Source: the human T2T-CHM13v2.0 reference genome, Homo sapiens
Assembly (NCBI RefSeq): GCF_009914755.1
Contig: NC_060936.1
Strand: one strand, 5' to 3'
Length of the DNA stretch: 64,000 nucleotides
The translations under genes and the position numbers were made by a program. Positions 14,674-29,240 of the stretch are shown here, one piece after another; position 1 is the first letter of the stretch, and each line of letters starts with the position of its first letter. The notes below the pieces were generated by a model, which was given only the letters and a program-made list of their open reading frames with translations, made no database searches and was not told the origin of the DNA.

Positions 14674-15181
14674 TTTGACAAAAAGAGTCAAATTCTGTAA
14701 AATATTTGAAGAGATTTATTCTGAGCCAAATATGAGTGACCATGGCCCCATGACACAAACCTCTCAGGAGGTCCTGAGAACATGTGCCCAAGGCAGTTGT
14801 GGTGCAACTTGGTTTTATACATTTTAGGGAGGCATGAGACATCAAATATATTTAAGAAATGAATTGGTTTGATCCAGAAAGTTGGGACAACTCAAAGTAT
14901 GGTGGTGGCGCAGTGGTGGTGGGGCTTCCAGGCAATAGGTAAATTTAAACAATTTTAGGTTTACAATTGGATGAGTCTGTCTAAAGACCTGGGATTGATA
15001 GAAAGGAAATGTTCAAGTTAAGATAAAAGATTGTGGAGACTAAGGATCTTTTGAAGTCTAATAGTCTTATAGATGACAAGTGTTTCCTATTCAGACCTTT
15101 AAAATGTACTAGACTCTTAATCTCTTTAGGATTGGGAGAGCCTGGAAGAAAAAGATCTAGCTATGTTAACAGAGATTCTTT
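14674..15181 (-). mobile_element. MER4-group (MER4D/E-like) ERV1 solo LTR, left part; split by the L1 insertion
   Basis: Collinear with the intact copy at 23363-24099 up to AGAGATTCTTT. Confidence 0.9.
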
Positions 15182-15187
15182 TTTTTT

Positions 15188-15455
15188 CATGTATATTTTA
15201 TTATTTACACATTAGGTACTACACATCTGTCTTAGTCCATTCAGGCTGCTATAACAATATCCTTTGGACTGAATACTTTATAAATAGTAGAAATTTATTC
15301 CTCACAATTCTGAAGGCTGGGAAGTCCAAGATCCAGATGCCAGCAGGTTTAGTGCCTGGTGAAGGTTGGCTGTCTGATTCCAAGATGTTGCCTTCTTGCT
15401 GCATCTTCATATGGCGGAGGGAAAAAGGGACAGACTTGCTCCCTCCATCCCTTTT
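15188..15455 (-). other. L1 3'-transduced flank: ~40 bp unique sequence plus a truncated MaLR (MST/MLT1A) LTR at 15228-15455
   Basis: Lies between the L1 3' end and a second poly(A) (T9 at 15179-15187), with minus-strand AATAAA at 15197-15202, all inside the MER4 target site. Confidence 0.8.
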
Positions 15456-18400
15456 AATTTTTTATTATACTTTAAGTTCTGGGGTACATGTGCAGAATGT
15501 GCAGATTTGTTACATAGGTATACACGTGCCATGGTGGTTTGCTGCACCCATCAACCCATCATGTACATTAGGTATTTCTCCTAATGATATCCCTCCCCCA
15601 GCCCCCGACCCCCTGACTGGCCTCATTGTATGATGCCCCCAACCCCTGTGTCCATGTGTTCTCATTGTTCAACTCCCACTTATGAGTGAGAACAAGTGGT
15701 GTTTGGTTTTCTGTTCTTGTGTTAGTTTGCTGAGAATGATGGTTTCCAGTTTCATCCATGTCCCTGCAAAGGACATGAACTCATCCCTTTTTATGGCTGT
15801 ATAATATTCCTTGGTATATATGTGCCACATTTCCTTTATGCACTCTATCATTGATGAGCATTTGAGTTGATTCTAAGTCTTTGCTATTGTGAACAGTGCT
15901 TCCAAAATAAACATATGTGTGCATGTGCCTTTATAGTAGAATGATTTATAATCATTTGTGTATATACCCAGTAATGGGATTGCTGGGTCAAATGGTAAGT
16001 ATTTCTCTGGTTCTAGATCCTTGAGGAATCACCACACTGTCTTCCACAATGGTTGAACTAATTTACACTCCCACCAACAGTGTAAAAGTGTTCCTATTTC
16101 TCCACATCCTCTCCGGCATCTGTTGTTTCCTGACTTTTTAATAATCACCATTCTAACTGGCATGAGATGGCATCCCATTGTGGTTTTGAGTTGCATTTCT
16201 CTAATGACCAGAGATGATGAGCTTTTTTCCCTATGTTTCTTGGCCACATAAATGTCTTCTTTTGAGATGTGTCTGTTCATATCCTTCACCCACTTTTTGA
16301 TGGGGTTTTTTCTTGTAAATTTGTTTAAGTTCTTTGTAGATTCTGGATATTAGCCGTTTGTCAGATGGATAGATTGCAAAAATTTTCTCCCATTCTGTAG
16401 GTTGCCTGTTCACTCTGATGATAGTTTCTTTTGCTGTGCAGAAGCTCTTTAGTTTAATCAGATCCCATTTGTCTATTTTGGCTTTTGTTGCCATTGCTTT
16501 TGGTGTTTTAGTCATGAAGTCTTTGCCCATGCCTATGTCTTGAATAGTACTGCCCAGGTTTTCTTCTAGGGTTTTTATGGTTGTAGGTCTTATGTTTAAG
16601 TCTTTATTCCATCTTGAGTTAATTTTTGTATAAGGTGTAAGGAAGAGGTCTAGTTTCAGCTTTCTGCATATGGCTAGCCAGTTTTCCCAACACCATTTAT
16701 TAGATAGGGAATCCTTTCCCCATTGCTTGTTTTTGTCAGGTTTGTCAAAGATCAGATGGTTGTAGATGTGTGATGTGATTTCTGAGGCCTCTGTTCTGTT
16801 CCATTGGTCTATATATCTGTTTTGGTGCCAGTACCATGCTGTTTTTGTTACTGTAGCCTTGTAGTATAGTTTGAAATCAGGTAGCGTGATGCCTCCAGCT
16901 ATGTTCTTTTTGCTTAGGATTGTCTTGGCTACGTGGGCTCTTTTTTGGTTCCATATGAAACTTAAAGTAGTTTCTTCCAATTTAGTGAAGAAAGTCAATG
17001 GTAGCTTGATGGGGATAGCATTGAATCTATAAATTACTTTGGGCAGCATGGACATTTTCACAATATTGATTCTTCCTATCTGTGACCATGGAATGCTTTT
17101 CCATTTGTTTGTGTCCTATCTTATTTCCTTGAGCAGTGGTTTGTAGTTCTCCTTGAAGAGGTCCTTCACATCCTTTGTAAGTTGTACTCCTAGGTATTTT
17201 ATTCTGTTTGTTTTGGCTGTTTGTCTGTTATTGGTATATAGGAATGCTTGTGATTTTTGCACATTGATTTTATATCCTGAGACTTTTCTGAAATTGCTTA
17301 TCATCTTAAGGAGATTTGGGGCTGAGACTATACGGTTTTCTAAATACACAATCATGTCATCTGCAAAGAGACAATTTGACTTCCTCTTTTCTTAATTGAG
17401 TACCCTTTCTTTCTTTCTCTAGCTTGATTGCCCTGGCCAGAACTTCCATACTATGTTGAATAGGAGTGGTGAGAGAGGTCATCCTTGTCTTGTGCCAGTT
17501 TTCAAAGGGAATGCTTCCAGTTTTTGCCCATTCAGTATGATATTGGCTGTGGGTTTGTCATAAATAGCTCTTATTATTTTGAGATACGTTCCATCAATAT
17601 CTAGTTTATTGAAAGTTTTTAGCATGAAGTGCTGTTGAATTTTGTCAAAGGTCTTTTCTGCATCTATTGAGATAATCATGTGGTTTTTGTCATTGGTTCT
17701 GTTTATGTGATGGATTATGTTTGTTGATTTGCTTATGTCGAACCAGCCTTTCATCCCAGGGATGAAGCCAACTTGATTGCAGTGGATAAGCTTTTTGATG
17801 TGCTGCTGGATTCGGTTTGCCAGTATTTTATTGAGGATTTTTGCATCGATGTTCAACAGGGATATTGGCCTGAAATTTTCTTTTTTTGTGGTTTCTCTGC
17901 CAGGTTTTGGTATCAGGATAATATTGGCCTCATAAAATGAGTTAGGGAGGATTCCCTCTTAGTTTCAGAAGGAATGGTCCCAGCTCCTCTTTGTACCTCT
18001 GGTAGAATTCGGCTGTGAATCCGTCTGGTCCTGGACTTTTTTTGATTGGTAGGCTATTAATTGCTGTCTCAATTTCAGCAATTGTTATTGATCTATTCAG
18101 GGATTTGACTTCTTCCTGGTTTAGTCTTGGGAGGGTGTGTGTCCAGGAATTTATCCAATTCTTGTGGATTTTCTCGTTTATTTGCATAGAGGTGGTTATA
18201 GTATTCTCTGATGATAGTTTGCATTTCTGTAGGATCAGTGGTGATATCCCCTTTGTCATTTTTTATTGCATCTATTTGATTCTTCTCTCTTTTCTTCTTT
18301 ATTAGTATGGCTAGCAGTCTATCTATTTTGTCGATATTTTCAAAAAACCAGCTCCTGGATTCATTGATTTTTGAAGGGTTTTTCATGTCTCTATCTCCTT

Positions 18401-21400
18401 CAGCTATGCTCTGATCTTAGTTATTTCTTGTCTTCTGCTAGCTTTTGAATTTGTTTGCTCTTGTTTCTGTAGTTCTTTTAATTGTGATGTTAGGGTGTTG
18501 ATTTTAGATCTGTCCTGCTTTCTCTTGTGGGCATTTAGTGCTACAAATTTCCCTCTACACGCTGCTTTAAATGTGTCCCAGAAATTCTGGTGTATTGTGT
18601 CTTTGTTCTCATTGGTTTCAAAGAACATCTTTATTTCTGCCTTAATTTCATTATTTACCCAGTAGTCTTTCAGGAGCAGGTTGTTCAGTTTCCATCCAGT
18701 TGTGCAGTTTTGAGTGAGTTTCTTAATTCTGAGTTCTAATTTGATGGCAGTGTGGTCTGAGAGACTGTTATGATTTCCATTCTCTTGCTTTTGCTGAGGA
18801 GTGTTTTACTTCCAATTATGTGGTCAATTTTAGAATAAGTTTGATGTGGTGCTGAGAAGAATGTATGTTCTGTTGATTTGGGGTGGAGAGTTCTGTAGAT
18901 GTCTCCACCTTAAGTTCACTTGGTCCAGAGCTGAAGTCAAGTCCTGGATATCCTTGTTAATTTCCTGACTCATTGATCTGTTTAATATTTATAGTGGGGT
19001 GTTAAAGTCTCCCACTATTATTGTGTGGTGGTCTTACTCTCTTTTTAGGCCTCTAAGAACTTGCTTTATGAATCTGGGTGCTCCTGTATTGGGTACATAT
19101 ATATTTAGGATAGTTAGCTCTTCTTGTTGCATTGATCCCTTTACCATTATGTAATGCCCTTCTTTGCCTCTTTTGATCTTTGTTCATTTAAAGTCTGTTT
19201 TATCAGAGACTAGGATTGCAACCTCTGCTTTTTTATTGTTTTCCATTTGCTTGGTAAATATTCCTCCATCCCTTTATTTTGAGCCTATGTGTGTCTTTGC
19301 ACATGAGATGGGTCTCCTGAATATGGCACACTGATGGGTCTTGACTCTTTGTCCAATTTTCTAGTCTGTGTCTTTTAATTGGGGCCATTTAGCCCATTCA
19401 CATTTAAGGTTAATATTGTTATGTGTGAATTTGATCCTGTCATTATGATGCTAGCTGGTTATTTTGCCCGTTAGTTGATGCAGTTTCTTCATAGTGTCAA
19501 TGGTCTTTTCAATTTGGTTTGTTTTTGCAGTGGCTGGTACCGGTTGTTCCTTTCCATGTTTAGTGCTTCCTTCAGGAGCTCTTGTAAGTCAGGCCTAGTG
19601 GTGACATAATCTCTCAGCATTTGCTTATCTATAAATGATTTTATTTCTCCTTTGCTTATGAAGCTTAGTTTGGCTGGATATGAAATTCTGGGTTGAAAAT
19701 ACTTTTCTTTAAGAATGTTGAATATTGGCCCCCACTCTCTTCTGGCTTGTATGGTTTCTGCTGAGAGGTCCATTGTTAGTCTGATGGGCTTCTCTTTGTG
19801 GGTAACCTGACCTTTCTCTCTGGCTCCCCTTAACATTTTTTCCTTCATTTCAACCTTGGTGAATCTGATGATTGCGTGTCTTGGGGTTGCTATTCTCAAG
19901 GAGTATCTTTGTGGTGTTTTCTGTATTTCCTGAATTTGAATGTTGGCCTGTCTTACTAGGTTGGGGACGTTCTCCTGGATGTTATCCTGAAGAGTGTTTT
20001 CCAAGTTGGTTCCATTCTTCCCATCACTTTCAGGTACACTAATCAAACGTAGATTTGGTCTTTTCACATAGTCCCATATTTCTTGGAGGCTTTGATCATT
20101 TTTTTTCACTCTTTTTTCTCTAATCTTTTCTTCTCGCTTTATTTCACTGAGTCGATCTTCAATCTCTGATATCCTTTTTTTCACTTGATCGATTTGGCTA
20201 TTGATGCTTGTGTTATGCTTCACAAAGTTCTCATGCTGTGGTTTTCAGCTCCATCAGGTGATTTATGTTGTTCTCTAAACTGGTTATTCTAGTTAGCAAT
20301 TCATCTAACCCTTTTTCAAGGTTCTTTGCTTCCTTGCATTGGGTTAGAGCATGCTCCTTTAGCTTGGAGGAGTTTGTTATTACCCACCTTCTGAAGCCTA
20401 CTTCTGTTAATTTCTCAAACTCATTCTCCGTCCAGTTTTGTTCTCTTGCTGGTGAGGAGTTGTGATCCTTCAGAAGAGAAGAGGTGTTCTGGTTTTTGGA
20501 ATTTTCAGGCTTTTTGCTATGGTTTCTCCCCATCTTCGTGGATTTATCTACCTTTGAGCTTTGATGTTGGTGACCCCTTTGGTTGGGGTCTCTGAGCAGA
20601 TGTCCTTTTTGTTGATGTTGATACTATTCCTTTCTGTTTATTAGTTTTCCTTATAACAGTCAAGCCCCTCTGCTGCAGGTCTGCTGGAGTTTGCTGGAGG
20701 TCCACTCCAGACCCTGTTTTCCTGGGTATCACAAGCAGAGGCTGCAGAACAGCAAAGACTGCTGCCTGTTCCTTCCTTGGGAAGCTTTGTCCCAGAGGGG
20801 CACCTGCCAGATGCCAGCCAGAGCTCTCCTGTATGAGGTGTCTGTCAGCCTCTACTGGGAGGTTTCTCCCAGTGAAGATACATGGGGGTCAGGGACCTAC
20901 TTGAGGAGACAGTCTCTCCCTTATCAGAGCTCAAATGCTGTGCTGGGAGATCTGTTGCTCTCTTTGGAGCTGTCAGGCAGGGTCATTTAAGTCTGCTGAA
21001 GCTATGCCCACAGCTGCCCTTTCCCCCAGGTGCTCTGTCCCAGGGAGATGGGGGTTTTTATCTGTAAGTCCCTGAATGGGGCTGCTACCTTTTTTTCAGA
21101 GATGCCCTGCCCAGAGAGGAGGAATCTAGAGAGACAGTCTGGCTGCAGTGGCCTTGCTGAGCTGTGGTAGACTCCTCCCAGTTTGAACTTCCTGGTGGCT
21201 TTGTTTACACTGTGAGGATAAAACCACCTACTCACGCCTCAGCAATGGTGGACAACCCTCCCTCCACCAAGCTTGAGCATCCCAGGTTGACCTCAGACTG
21301 CTATGCTAGCAGCGAGAATTTCAAGCCAGTGGATCTTAGCTTGCTGGGCTCTGTGGGAATGGGATCCGCTGAGCCAAACCACTTGGCTCCCTGGCTTTAG

Positions 21401-21890
21401 TCCCCTTTCCAGGGAGTGAAGGATTCTGTCTCACTGGCATTCCAGGTGCCACTGGGGTATGAAAAAAAAATACAAACTAAGCCTTCAGCTAGTTCTGTGT
21501 CTGCCCAAATGGCTACCCAGTTTTGTGCTTGAAACCCAGGGCCCTGGTGGCCTAGGCACCAGAGGGAATCTCCTGGTCTGCTGGCTGCGAAGACTGGGAA
21601 AAGCGCAGTATCTGGGCCAGAGTGCACCGTTCCTCCCGGTACAGTCTCTCATGGCGTCCCTTGGCTGGGGGAGGGGAATCCCTCGACCCCCTGTGCTTCC
21701 CAGGTGAGGCAACCCCCGACCCTGCTTCAGCTCACCCTCTGTGGGCTGCACCCACTGTCCAACCAGTTCCAGTGAGATAAACCAGGTATCTCAGTTGGAA
21801 ATGCAGAAATCACCCACCTTCTGCATCAATCTCTCTGGTAGCTGAAGACCAAAGCTGTTCCTATTCGGCCATCTTGCCATCAGAACCCCC
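15456..21890 (-). mobile_element. Full-length LINE-1, L1PA7/L1PA8-like, inactive
   Basis: ORF1 fragments (20533-19489), ORF2 fragments including RT and C-terminal pieces (18628-15669), ~1.35-kb 5' UTR starting with GGCAAGATGGCCGAATAGG, L1PA7/8-type 3' UTR; many stops and frameshifts. Confidence 0.95.
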
Positions 21891-21900
21891 AAGATTAGTT

Positions 21901-22158
21901 ACAGATGTAATTTTTTCCCCACCAAGAACAGCTTTGCAGGGTCCTTTCAAAATATGGCAAAGAAACATGTTTTGGGGGTAAAATATTTTTACTTTCTTGT
22001 CACATAATGTTATGTCAGGGTCAGATTGGAAAGTAAGTCACAATATATAAGGTTAAGTAAAACCCATCTGATGAGAATTTATGGTTTGTAGGACATGACA
22101 CCTCAGACCCTTTAGATAGGAATTTGGTCAAGATAAAATAATCAGAGCTTAGTCCTTA
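21901..22158 (-). mobile_element. MER4-group solo LTR, right part
   Basis: Resumes at ACAGATG exactly where the left part stopped; ends CAGAGCTTAGTCCTTA. Confidence 0.9.
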
Positions 22159-22599
22159 CATCCATGAGTGGTGAGATGACAATAGAAGAATGGGGGCCGG
22201 GGGTGGGGTGGGTCAGAAATGCTATCTTTTATTCCTTTTCTTTTTAAAATCTCAATATGGTCCCTAGCATAGCACCAACTAGTGGGGCACCTTGTAAATG
22301 ATTACGAGCTGATTATTTGAACTCATGGAAGCACTAGAAAGATGTCCTAAAAATCTACTTCAGAATTATCAGGTAAACACAATGAAAACCGCATCTTTGT
22401 AAGTACAGAAACACACATTATTGGAAGGGTTCTGATCGATGACACAACAAAAAACGTAGACTCAAGTGAGAATATCTAATTAGGATCAGGTGAGAGGATG
22501 TGGATGGAGGTGTTTTGCAAACTGTCAAGTGTCTCATGGATATAATGAACACATGAGAGTTGCTGTGAATATTGAAGAAAGGTCTGAACAGTCACAATC

Positions 22600-23110
22600 T
22601 TCCATCAGACTACAATGAAACTCTACTGCATACCAATATTTTTGGTGGCAGCAATGTACCCAGGTTTTTTTAAAAAATCATTTTCTAAGGTACTTTATAG
22701 ACAGCAGTGGTTATGTGATAAAATACTCACCAATGAGATGAAAGATGAAATCTATGATAGGGCTTTTAAGAAAAATACTGATTTCCTGACTTAAAGAGAA
22801 GTAAACTTCAACGGCATATGCCTTTGCTCTTCACTCCTTGCTCTTTTTCCTTTTACCTGCTTGGAATGCAATTACAATCTGAGGGTGCAGTAGCTATCAT
22901 GTGACTATACGGAAAATCTACTTCTCAAGGGTATTGGAGACAGACAAGAGAAGAAATGAGATTCCCCGGCAGAATCCTTAAGCTACTACACTGGCACTGA
23001 GCTGTTATCTCCAAACTTCTTGTTATGTGAACAAAAATAATCATTTACTTAACTAATCCACGGTTATAAAGGTTTTCTGCTACTTACTGCTGAATGCAAT
23101 CATAATAGCT
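22600..23110 (+). mobile_element. Old ERVL-type LTR (LTR16-like)
   Basis: GGTTATGTGA..CCAATGAGATG and CCTGCTTGGAATGCA motifs. Confidence 0.4.
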
Positions 23111-23362
23111 GATTTATCTATCCTTGTAAAATGCCTAACATTCATATGTAAAATTAATAATACTAAAAAGTCTGTTGAGTTACAGGTACCTGATGTTGGA
23201 CTAGGCTCACCCTCTAGTTAAGTGATCTGTCCATGCCCATAGCCTCACAGCCTTTGAAGTTCAAATTTGTGTTACAGCGAAGTGGTAAGTTTCTACATGC
23301 AGAACTTCGTGGTCACTTTTGAATGTTAAATCTTTTATTGCTAAAAGTTTGGCTGTTTTGGA

Positions 23363-24099
23363 TGTCGACAAAGAGTTGAACTCTAAAATATTGGAGATTT
23401 ATTCTGAGCCAAATATAAATGACCATGGTCTGTGACACAGCCCTTAGGAGGTCCTGTGCCCAAGGTGGTCAGGGCTCAGCTTTGTTTTATACATTTTAGA
23501 CAGGCATGAAACATCAGTCAAATACACTTAAGAAATACATTGGTTTGGTCCAGAAAAGTGGAACAACTCAAAGCCAGGGGGCTTCCAGGCTATAGGTGAA
23601 TTTAAACATTTTCTGGTTGACAATTGGTTGAGTTTGTCTAAAGACCTGGGATGACAGAAGGGAAATATTCAGGTTAAGATAAAGATTGTGGAGACCAAAG
23701 TTCTTTTGAAGTCTTATAGTGGCTGCCCTTAGAGACAATAGGATAACAAATGTTTCCTATTCAGATTTTAGGTAATCTCTTTAGGATTGGGAGGGTCTGA
23801 AAGAAAAAGATCTAGCTATGTTAATAGAGATTCTTTACAGATGAACATTTTCCCCCACAAAGAACAGCTTTGCAGGGCCATTTCAAAATATGACAAAGAA
23901 ACATATTTTGGGGTAAAATATGTTGATTTTCTTCTTTGTCTCATAATGTTATACCAGAGTCAGGTTGGAAAGCAAATCACGATCTGTAGGCTTAAATAAA
24001 ACCCATCTGATGAGAATGTATTATTTTTAGGGCATGACTCCCCAGATCCCTTAGATAGGAATTTGGGTGAGATAAAAAAAAATCAGAGTTTAGTCCTCA
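23363..24099 (-). mobile_element. MER4-group (MER4D/E-like) ERV1 solo LTR, complete
   Basis: TGTCGACA...AGTCCTCA termini with a perfect 4-bp TSD TGGA. Confidence 0.92.
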
Positions 24100-24725
24100 T
24101 GGATTTTGAGTACAGTTAATATACCCTACAACTCAGAAAACGCAGGAGGAATTTTAACTCCATGGCCAGAATTTCTCTAAATGGCTTCTTAACAATTATC
24201 CAATGACTACAACACTAAACTCTAGAATACATATATGTTTTAAAAAAAACTTTCATCTAATTCAAGATACGCTATCTCCTTTCACATATTGAATAGACTA
24301 TCCCATTTGTTATATATAAAAGAAAAAACAGTAAAATATCATTTGAAAGGGATGTGGACTAAGGGCTGCTTGAGCAACCTTTTTGGGCCCTGTGAGTTCC
24401 CCACATAGCTCTTGGACTGTATTATGGCTGTGGCACTCCCCTAAAACTGAGATCTTCATATGTGATAGATTTCTGGGGGTGAGATTTCAGTATTTCTCAG
24501 AACAATTTCTGTAATATATCAGACCTGAGAAATGCTTTTGAACAAAAGGGTGTAACTGAGAAATACTTCATTGACTATCCTTCTTTAAATAGTCACAGTA
24601 AATGTTAGCTTATTAAAGGCACCGAGCAGTTTCACAGTAAAAACACTTGTTAATATTTTTTTAACTCAGCATAGTTCATAGAACCCTTTTCTTTTATAAT
24701 GCTTACTTCTATAGAGCCCTTTTGA

Positions 24726-24992
<267 letters not shown>

Positions 24993-25837
24993 TGATATTT
25001 TTCAAGTATTTTTTTTTTTTGCCTTAAGTTGTTTTACCCATTAGAAGAACTTGCAGACAACATTAAACAGAATAGCACTAACCTGCTATGCAAATTCAGT
25101 CACATAAATAACTTCATTTCCTCTTTCTTAACTGAGATTGTTTGCTGAGAATCTCCAAGACTCTTCTGTTGGAAAACAAAACAAAACAAAACAAAACAGT
25201 GATTCTATTCTGTTTTTATTAATGATATATCTTTGAGTGTTTTCTTCCAACTGGTTGAATAAACACCACTGCTGTCTATCTCTATCCCAAAATGGAATTG
25301 CCCTGGGGTGACAAGTCACTTTTCTATCTCTGTAGAAGTCTGATTCTCCTTATTTCCAGAGCTGATGAAAGCTACAATTAACACATGTGAGCTGTCTATT
25401 AGCATGGTCTGTGAGACCTTGGAACATGTTTGGAGATGTGGGGCAGCCTTAAGGATAGAGATAAGCTTATTCTCAACATCTACAACAAATAGAGCAAGCA
25501 AAAAAGGACACAGACTCCTACACAAATAATGCAAATGACACTATTGAAAGCCAGCCTAGAGAGACAGTTGTTAATAGGGCAGATCACAATTAGTGACATA
25601 TTTCTCCTAATGTTTTTTAAAATTGCATGAGTGCCTGTTTTATAGAGTAGGGGATAGACCAGAGACTATAGCAAAGTCTTTTAAAACTACTATTACATTT
25701 TAACTACTTTTAAAATTTGTTGGGTTGGTCTTCTACTTATACAACATTTTTAGACAAATTGCTTTTATTATATTCATTTGACAAACATTTACTGAGCACC
25801 TGCCTTTTGCAAAGCATCATGTCAAAAAGTCTGATGG

Positions 25838-26390
25838 TGTGGCAGGTGATATTTTCCAAATTGACTCCCATCCCACATGCCCTTAAAATGTACCTTCAAC
25901 ACTACCATCGGGAGGTGTGATCTATATTTCCTCCTTTTTGAAATTGGGTGGGCTTTTGTGACCAACAGAGTATGGTGAAAGTAATACAGTAACATTTTTG
26001 AGGCTGTCATCACAGGCCATACAGCTTCTACCTTGCTCACTGGAATTGTCTCTTGAAACTCTGAGCTGCCATATATGCAGTTTTAATGCCCTAAGGCTAT
26101 GATGCTGAACCGAAGTCCAAACTAACCCATGTGGAGAGACTATTTAAGAGCAGTCCTGAGACCACATGAAGATTGTTGATAGATACCAAGCCAGACCCCA
26201 GCTACTCCAGTCCTCATTCCCATTGTCATAGCTCCAGCCACCATCTGACTACAGCCACATCCTAGACTGTAAGCCAGAGCTGCTCCACCAAGCCCTTCCC
26301 AAATTCCTGACTTACAGAGACAAATGATTTTTGTCTGAAGCCACTAAATTTGGGGATAAAATTGTTACACAGTGATAGATAACTGAAACA
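25838..26390 (+). mobile_element. MaLR LTR (MLT1G/H-like)
   Basis: TGTGGCAG..TTTCCAAA start; GAAGCCACTAAATTTGGGG..GATAGATAACTGAAACA end. Confidence 0.8.
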
Positions 26391-26555
26391 GAGGAATACA
26401 GTGATGACAGTTCATGATCTTTGGGCCCAGAGAATCATAAATTCCAGGTGGGAAGCCCAGATATGCACAAAGGAGAACAAAAGAATGAATGAAGGGAAGA
26501 AACAGACCGAAATGGCTTGCAATGGGCTAGCTGTAGCACGAGGTGACTCAGGTTC

Positions 26556-26844
26556 TTTTTTTTTTTTTGAGTCTTGCTCTGTTGCCCGGGCTGGAATGCA
26601 GTGGCTCGATCTCGGCTCACTGCAAGCTCCGCCTCCCAGGTTCACGCCATTCTCCTGCCTCAGCCTCCTGAGTAGCTGTGACTACAGGTGGCCACCACCA
26701 CGCCCAGCTAATTTTTTTGTATTTTTAGTAGAGATCGGGTTTCAACATGTTAGCCAGGATGGTCTTGATCTCCTGACCTCGTGATCTGCCCATCTCAGCC
26801 TCCCAAAGTGCTGGGATTACAGGCTTGAACCACCACCCCCGGCC
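26556..26844 (-). mobile_element. AluY-like
   Basis: CAAGCTCCGCC and TTCACGCCATTCTCC diagnostics; TSD GTGACTCAGGTT. Confidence 0.95.
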
Positions 26845-27477
26845 TGTGACTCAGGTTTTCAAACTAGTATGGAGAAGCCCTATCAAATCTCAGACCCATA
26901 GCATATTGTTGAGAGTCTCAACAGGTCCTGAAGGCCAAAGAGTTGTCAAGGAATGGAGCTTCAGATTTATGGCTGGTGTTTGAAATTTCCACAATCTTAA
27001 GTTTGAAGTAACTTGAATTTACACGTTTGGGATGAATAATAAGCAGCAGCATATATATGCATTATATTGTTTGACCATCATAAAAGCCTAATAGGTGTCC
27101 GTCTGGCCGAGCTTTATAATTCTACTGGATTATTTATTTAAAAAAATTAAGAAAGGCCTCACTCAAATTATTCAATTAAACATATTTATTGCATGCTTAC
27201 TCTGGGCAAAAAGGCAACGCAATAAACCTAATAGCAGAGAAATAACAGTTCTTGTCATCATGTAGTTTAAACACTAGTTGGACACTTGTAGCATAGAATG
27301 ACACACACACAAATAATTGACAGCAGTGAGGAAGAAATGTTAAGTGTACAATGTTAAGTACAAATTAAATATAGAGTTTAATATATTTGTCTATCATAGT
27401 CTTTTGCTTCAGATTACCCTTGCTCTACATGCTTTTCATGGTTCTGACCCAATTCTGATAATAAAAATCTAAACTCA

Positions 27478-28083
<606 letters not shown>

Positions 28084-28861
28084 ATGCCATAGAAGCAGTT
28101 CCTGGACCACATAAAGCCATGTGGCTTTATGGTGATCAGGATATTCACCTGCTGTTTATGCCTGTTACCCAGGTCATGGTAAATGTTGTGGTCAAGGGTG
28201 CCCCTTTTGCATGGACACCACATGTAAGGATACTGCTGCAAAATTGAGCTGTGGTCAGAGAAGCCTTGTCAAATTTGCTGTCTTCCTTCCCCACATGAGT
28301 CTTACAGATGCTAATAAAAACAGTAGGTTAATTAACAAGAGAATGGAGAAAGGCAGAGGGGAAAGTCAAAGAGTTCATCTCAGGCAGGTGGAAATTTTAA
28401 AATGGTTATTAAGAAATGAGATGAACAAAGAAAAAAAGGAAAGGGGAGAGTCATGAGATTTGTTCCAGGGTGGAAATCTTTAGATGGTTATTAAGAAATA
28501 GGATGAATAAAATGGAAATTGATACGGTTAAATCAAAGGTCTTAATACAACACTATAGAAGGTTGGGTGGACCAAAGGGAGCCTCTGCTGGTCCCCCAAC
28601 AGTAAGGGGTTCCAAACAGGTTTGCTGTATTTACCCCAGTTTGGGGAAATTTTAAAAGTCAGAAGGCAAAGATTACAATGAGAAAGCTGACCAACAATAG
28701 CTTGGAGCAATGTTGAGGCAGGTTAATTCAGAAAGATTGACAAAAAGGCCAGGGACATTTGGCTCAACCTGCTGCTAAGGACCCAAAGCCTTTTGCCCAA
28801 GAGAAGGTAGTCTGGGGGTGGAGAAGAGGTCACGCGACTTGAACATAAAAATGTAAGGGTT

Positions 28862-29240
<379 letters not shown>

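Noticed and set aside
14674-24099. MER4 provirus (LTR-internal-LTR)
   Set aside because: The two LTRs have different TSDs and there is no retroviral internal sequence between them.
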